From NCBI RefSeq assembly GCF_004010195.1, contig NC_057711.1:74661571-74725570 (forward strand): 64,000 nucleotides of DNA, in the 5' to 3' direction. This DNA comes from Chiloscyllium plagiosum (Eukaryota). The position numbers and the translations under genes were made by a program. Under the pieces are notes generated by a model. The model worked only from the letters and a program-made list of their open reading frames with translations. It had not been told where the DNA came from and did not search any database. This document shows, one piece after another, positions 61,359-64,000 of the stretch (the first letter of the stretch is position 1; each line of letters opens with the position of its first letter).

Positions 61359-62859
61359 TCCCATTCAATGTGATTGGAGGCTGAGGGGTGACCTGATGGA
61401 AGTTTACAAAATTAAGAGGCAAATGGATAGAATGCATTGTAGGAGTCTTTTACCCAAGGTAGAAACATCAATTAATAGGAGCATCAGTTTCAAGTAAAAG
61501 GGGAAAGTTTAAATGAGATGCGACAGACAAGTTTTTCATGCAGAAGGTGGAAAGTGCTGCCAGAGGAAGTGGTAGAAACAGACACAATAGCAATGTTAAG
61601 AGGCATCTTGACAGATACATGAATAAGCAGGGAAGACTGAGATACAGACCACATTGAAGCAAAAAGGTTTTAGTTTAGAAAAGCATCATGTGTTGGCAAA
61701 GGCTTGATGGGCCGAAGGGCATGCTGCTGCCATGTACGAATGAATGATTTTCTTTATTGACAATAGTTTTTGGGTAAGCAACTTAGGTCTTTTATGATGA
61801 AGGGATCTTTGGAGAAATGCATTAGAGAATAGTGCAAGGCGAGCTTGCTGTAGTCATATGGTCTTACACTTTACTCTCAGTGCTTTTACTTTAGATTGCG
61901 GCAGCCATTAAACATGCTACATAAAATAAATGGAGAGTAAAATGGTGTGCGGTGAAATTATTTGAGATTCTTTCTTGGGAAAGAAAGTTAAAATTGTCCC
62001 CAAAGTGTAATGGATCATGAGAGTGTAACATGTAGAGGAGAATCAAGGAGATAGTCATAAGAGGACCTTTAATGCATGGTAACTCAATAAGGATCACCGT
62101 GGGATATGCAAGCAATACAACCTATAATCTTTCCGTAAATGTTTCTCCAAGGAGATCCAATATACCTAAGCACAGGAACAGGAAAGTTTGCACATAAATC
62201 ATTTTTCTCTGCATTGCTTTTCTTTCCCAAATATCTACTTTGTCCCATTAATCTATACTTTTGTTTTTTTTTGCTTTTTTAAAAGTATTCAAAGTATTTT
62301 CAACTAAGAATATTCCATTCTATATCATCTCTGATTAACCATTATTTTGGAACAGGATCTCACATTATTTCAAAATTGGTACCTATTGGGTCAGAAGCTT
62401 GTTAAAAAAAATTCTTATCCATTTCGAGGGTACGTTTGCAGCTCGATTTAATTGTGTTATCAGCGGTATAGATAATATTTCAATACTTTAGGAGAAAATG
62501 AAATTAAAGATCGGTTGAGAAAAGTGCCAGATTAAGTTAGAATTATTTTTCACTGAGAAACAAAAATAGAGAAAGAGTTGAATTATTCTGTATGTAGAAA
62601 TGATGTGATATTTAACCTACATTTTTTTATGAAAGATGAGTACACTTCAAAAATAATTAAGAGGACGTGACGCATCTTAGATGTCATGAGGATGTGAACA
62701 GTGCTACTTCAGAGCTTTTTTTCACTTTATTGCTACAAATTGGATTTGGTCAGCCCTCTAGGGATTGGCTAGGAGGCAGGAGTGACTAATGAAATGATGA
62801 GGAAAGATGGGGAATGGGGTGACTATTATATCAATGCTTTGGTGCCATTTTAATAGTGG

Positions 62860-62975
62860 GGATAGTGAGGACTGCAGGTGCTAGAAAGTCAGAGTTAGTA
62901 AAGAATGGAGCAGGAAAAGGCACAACAGATCAAGCAGCATCAGTGGAGCAGGGAAGTCAACATTTCAAGTCAGAA
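62860..62975. mobile_element. Decayed Penelope-derived terminus
   Basis: GTGAGGACTGCAGGTGCTAGAAAGTCAGAG...GCAGCATCAGTGGAGCAGG. Confidence 0.6.
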
Positions 62976-64000
62976 TTTTTCGTCCGTCCTCATGAAAGCT
63001 TCCATCCTGAACTAGTTAAATGGATAGTTAAAGGTTTCTTCCCCATCCTGCTGCAATTTTGCCGAAATTTCATGGGGTGTCTGGTGAACATAGTGGCCCT
63101 TTGTGAGATCGGAATGGAGAGAACTCTTAATCAAGAACTTTGCAGCCCTAAAGGGACTTCACAAATCAATAGCTATGTACACAGCAACCGCCATCCCTGC
63201 CCTTATTAAATCCTATCCCCTTGCTTAGGTATCCTTGACTGGTCTCCATGTCCCTATATCTAGTTAAGAGATGTAGTAAGATCAAGTCTACAGTGTCTAA
63301 TGCTTAACAGTGTTGTGTGACTGCTAATGGCTAAGCTTGTAGTTTAACAGTTTCTTTTAGATAGTTAGATCTCTTAAACTAGTGTAATTTAAATACATCA
63401 AACTCCATTTGATGCTCAGCATTAACCTTCTCATAGACACTTCACAGCTATAGGAGTTGTCCTACCTTGGCCTCTCCTTTGTTAATGATAAAAACGATGA
63501 GTGCTTCCTGATTTAATAATGAAACACACACACTTGCTGATTCAAATGACCATTACGTAAGTCAATAATCTCTGAATGCTCTGTAAAGGCTTGGTTTAAT
63601 CCAATTTACATTTGAGCATTTCCTTTTCCCTGGATAGTATTTCACAAGTTTCTTGCAGATATTAATCTATCTTCGGTTGCTGTTTCTGATGTTTGAAGAC
63701 TTTCCCTGACTGTATGGAGTCCACTCTGATATTGTTTGTACATTTTCATAATGATGACTGTGTACAATCAATTTCTGCAAATAAAGGTAGGATGTTGACT
63801 GAAGCTTCAATGCTCATGAATCTGTATCAAAGCTCCAAGACCTTCTTCATGCTTAATTAAAGGTCATTTTTGAACTCCATGATCCAAGACTTCGCACAGA
63901 TATGGTGGTCACCCTTCTGCCTGTGGAAAATTCTAACACGTCGCTGGTGTTTGTGAGTGAGATACAGTAAGTTCCTATTCAGTTCCTGTGCATTTAAGTG

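Larger units (their letters stand above)
57050..61740 (+). mobile_element. CR1 LINE fragmented by multiple nested insertions
   Basis: Collinear pieces 57050-57590 (VYMDFSMAFDKVPH), 60095-60215, 60555-60675 and 61370-61740 (3' UTR). Confidence 0.75.

Noticed and set aside
63500..64000. Minus-strand exon after TTTTCCACAG
   Set aside because: All frames stop soon. The nearby FMSIEASVNILP suggests a decayed retroelement protease, but too weakly to call

Overview
Eukaryotic, repeat-dense, AT-rich genomic DNA, most likely from a cartilaginous fish (shark). The evidence is many HE1-type tRNA-derived SINEs together with HER1/CR1-type LINEs. No intact host protein-coding gene can be supported, and the longer or recognisable ORFs in the track are fragments of transposable elements. 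The window is a stack of nested elements: many CR1 LINE copies (one keeps ORF1 esterase, endonuclease and RT), Rex1/Babar-like LINEs, a second CR1/L2-group LINE, about four decayed Gypsy LTR retrotransposons plus a solo LTR, and PIF/Harbinger fossils (one probably keeps both the transposase and the Myb/SANT gene). The most notable signal is several families of small Penelope-derived, mostly fold-back elements carrying minimal hammerhead-ribozyme cores (CUGANGA-stem II-GAAA), some with 12-17 bp target-site duplications. Also notable are a templated inverted duplication at 3.6-4.2 kb and several near-perfect local direct duplications. Family names come from motif recognition by eye, not from database searches, and most boundaries are approximate.
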